Source of the DNA: a virus
UHGV virus genome: UHGV-1550197
Length of the DNA stretch: 10,180 nt
Reading direction: 5' to 3' (one strand)
A model generated the notes under the pieces. It was not told where the DNA came from, made no database searches, and worked only from the letters and a program-made list of their open reading frames with translations. The translations under genes were made by a program, and so were the position numbers. The first letter of the stretch is position 1, and the number at the start of each line of letters is the position of its first letter. Shown here in pieces: positions 7,553 through 10,180 of the stretch.

Positions 7553-8046
7553 AAAGTTTTAATAACCTCTATAATATCGTCTTGAGAAAGACCGTTAATT
7601 AAAATATGATGTTCAGCTGGAGATTTAGAAATTTTAAAGCATGCCTCAACATCTTCTGCCATATCCGATGCGCTACGATTTGGATTACTAATTCCAAGAC
7701 GATGTTTTCCCGTTAAAGGATTAACGATGATATAGCATTTACAGCTATTGATATGAACATTAGGTTGAGTCTGATTAATGAACACTTCACAATCATACTT
7801 AGCGAGTTGATTTTCTAAAAAGACTTTCATCTCTTCAACCGCATCAGGAAGCATATCACGGGCTTGCTCAAGACGACGATTTCGATATTCTTTAATGGTC
7901 GTTTTCCGCTTGACTTGCTTAGCTAAATCTTTCTTAAGATCGGTGATATATCCAACTCGACGATTTCCTTTGAATACAGAAATCCCATCTGTAGTATCAC
8001 CGTATGCTTCAACGACCATTTCAGTAGTAATAAGCTGCAAATCCAT
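7543..8046 (-). CDS. alc: Alc (blocks host transcription elongation on cytosine DNA), 167 aa
   Basis: Translation (M)MDLQLITTEMVVEAYGDTTDGISVFKGNRRVGYITDL... matches T4 Alc as I remember it. The second ATG (8044-8046) has GAGGA at 7-nt spacing; the track ORF starts one codon earlier. Confidence 0.9.
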   Translation of the reverse strand: MDLQLITTEMVVEAYGDTTDGISVFKGNRRVGYITDLKKDLAKQVKRKTTIKEYRNRRLEQARDMLPDAVEEMKVFLENQLAKYDCEVFINQTQPNVHINSCKCYIIVNPLTGKHRLGISNPNRSASDMAEDVEACFKISKSPAEHHILINGLSQDDIIEVIKTLCM

Positions 8047-8050
8047 CATA

Positions 8051-8107
8051 AAGTCCTCATGTTATGTCAGTAAGACTACTATAACACAACATGAGGGACT
8101 TGTAAAC
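8051..8107 (-). promoter_or_regulatory. candidate early promoter for alc inside a 13-bp inverted repeat that covers the alc RBS
   Basis: Minus strand GTTTACA (-35 TTTACA at 8101-8106), 17-nt spacer ending TGT, TATAGT (-10 at 8078-8083). Inverted repeat AAGTCC(C)TCATGTT (8088-8101 against 8051-8063); the 3' arm contains the GAGGA SD. Confidence 0.45.
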
Positions 8108-8110
8108 AGC

Positions 8111-9698
<1,588 letters not shown>

Positions 9699-9728
9699 AA
9701 TAAAATGGGCCTTGCGGCCCACTCCTTA
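9699..9728 (-). promoter_or_regulatory. GNRA-tetraloop hairpin between the nrdB stop and the denA start: terminator-like and/or split ribosome-binding site
   Basis: Minus strand: UAA-GGAG-U-GGGCC-GCAA-GGCCC-AUUUUAUU-AUG. AAGGAG lies 5' of the hairpin and the denA AUG 8 nt 3' of it; with the hairpin folded the effective SD-AUG spacing is about 9 nt. Confidence 0.45.
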
Positions 9729-10132
9729 AAAGTATTTTTTAAAACTCATCATAACTTTATCATCAACATCATTATCAATCTGTGCAACAAGGTAAGATGA
9801 CAATTCTACTTCTTGTGGCGCAGATTGAACATTATCAGAATTAAGATATTCACGAATCCAAGGATATGGATGTTTAACCGGAGCATCGGTAATTGGGCAT
9901 GGAAGACCACACTGCTTCATACGAGATACAGTTAAGTAATCAATAAAGCTCCACATGCTATTTGTATTTAATCCAGGAACATCTCCATCTTTAAATAAAT
10001 GAACTGCCCAATCTTTTTCTTGGCGGTTAACTTCCATGAAAATATCAACTGCTTCTTGTTCACACTCTTGAGCAATTTTAACCCATTCATCGCCATCAGT
10101 ACCGGATTGAAGCTGACGAATAATATATTGGG
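9726..10132 (-). CDS. nrdB: ribonucleotide reductase small subunit, C-terminal part only (5' end cut off by the adapter / contig end)
   Basis: Open minus-strand frame from the adapter junction to the stop at 9726-9728 (...AQYIIRQLQSGTDGDEWVKIAQECEQEAVDIFMEVNRQEKDW...SFKKYF). Assigned mainly by T4 synteny (nrdB-denA-rnlA) and an acidic C-terminal tail; I do not recall the T4 NrdB sequence well enough for a direct match. Confidence 0.65.
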
Positions 10133-10180
10133 CTGTCTCTTATACACATCTCCGAGCCCACGAGACGTAGAGGAATCTCG
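10133..10180. other. Illumina Nextera (Tn5 mosaic-end) adapter read-through: sequencing artefact, not phage sequence
   Basis: Exact string CTGTCTCTTATACACATCT-CCGAGCCCACGAGAC, then the 8-nt index GTAGAGGA, then ATCTCG (start of the P7 flow-cell sequence ATCTCGTATGCC...). Confidence 0.95.

Overview
This window reads as an early-gene block of a T4-like (T-even, Tequatrovirus-type) phage, with every supported gene on the minus strand and most neighbours translationally coupled. Identifications rest on recognising the supplied translations from memory of T4 proteins, not on any search. In transcription order (high to low coordinates): nrdB C-terminal fragment, denA (endonuclease II), rnlA (RNA ligase 1, gene 63), alc, the pseT.3/pseT.2 spanin pair, two small unknown ORFs, pseT (polynucleotide kinase/phosphatase), six small unknown ORFs, cd (dCMP deaminase), two small ORFs, gene 31 (co-chaperonin), rIII, a ~350 nt ORF-free GC-enriched element, a 58-aa highly basic protein gene with a strong intrinsic terminator, two more unknown ORFs and the N-terminus of a gene running off the left edge. 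The last 48 nt (10133-10180) are an Illumina Nextera adapter, so the right edge is a library artefact. I found no rRNA, tRNA, CRISPR array or transposon, and no clearly novel multi-gene system. The strongest candidates for something undescribed are the ORF-free element at 1386-1739 with its adjacent basic protein, and the blocks of uncharacterised small ORFs. Four intergenic gaps carry a T4-early-type promoter motif (GTTTAC(A/T), 16-17 nt spacer, TGn-TAnnnT), three of them with a hairpin that would sequester the downstream ribosome-binding site in read-through transcripts.
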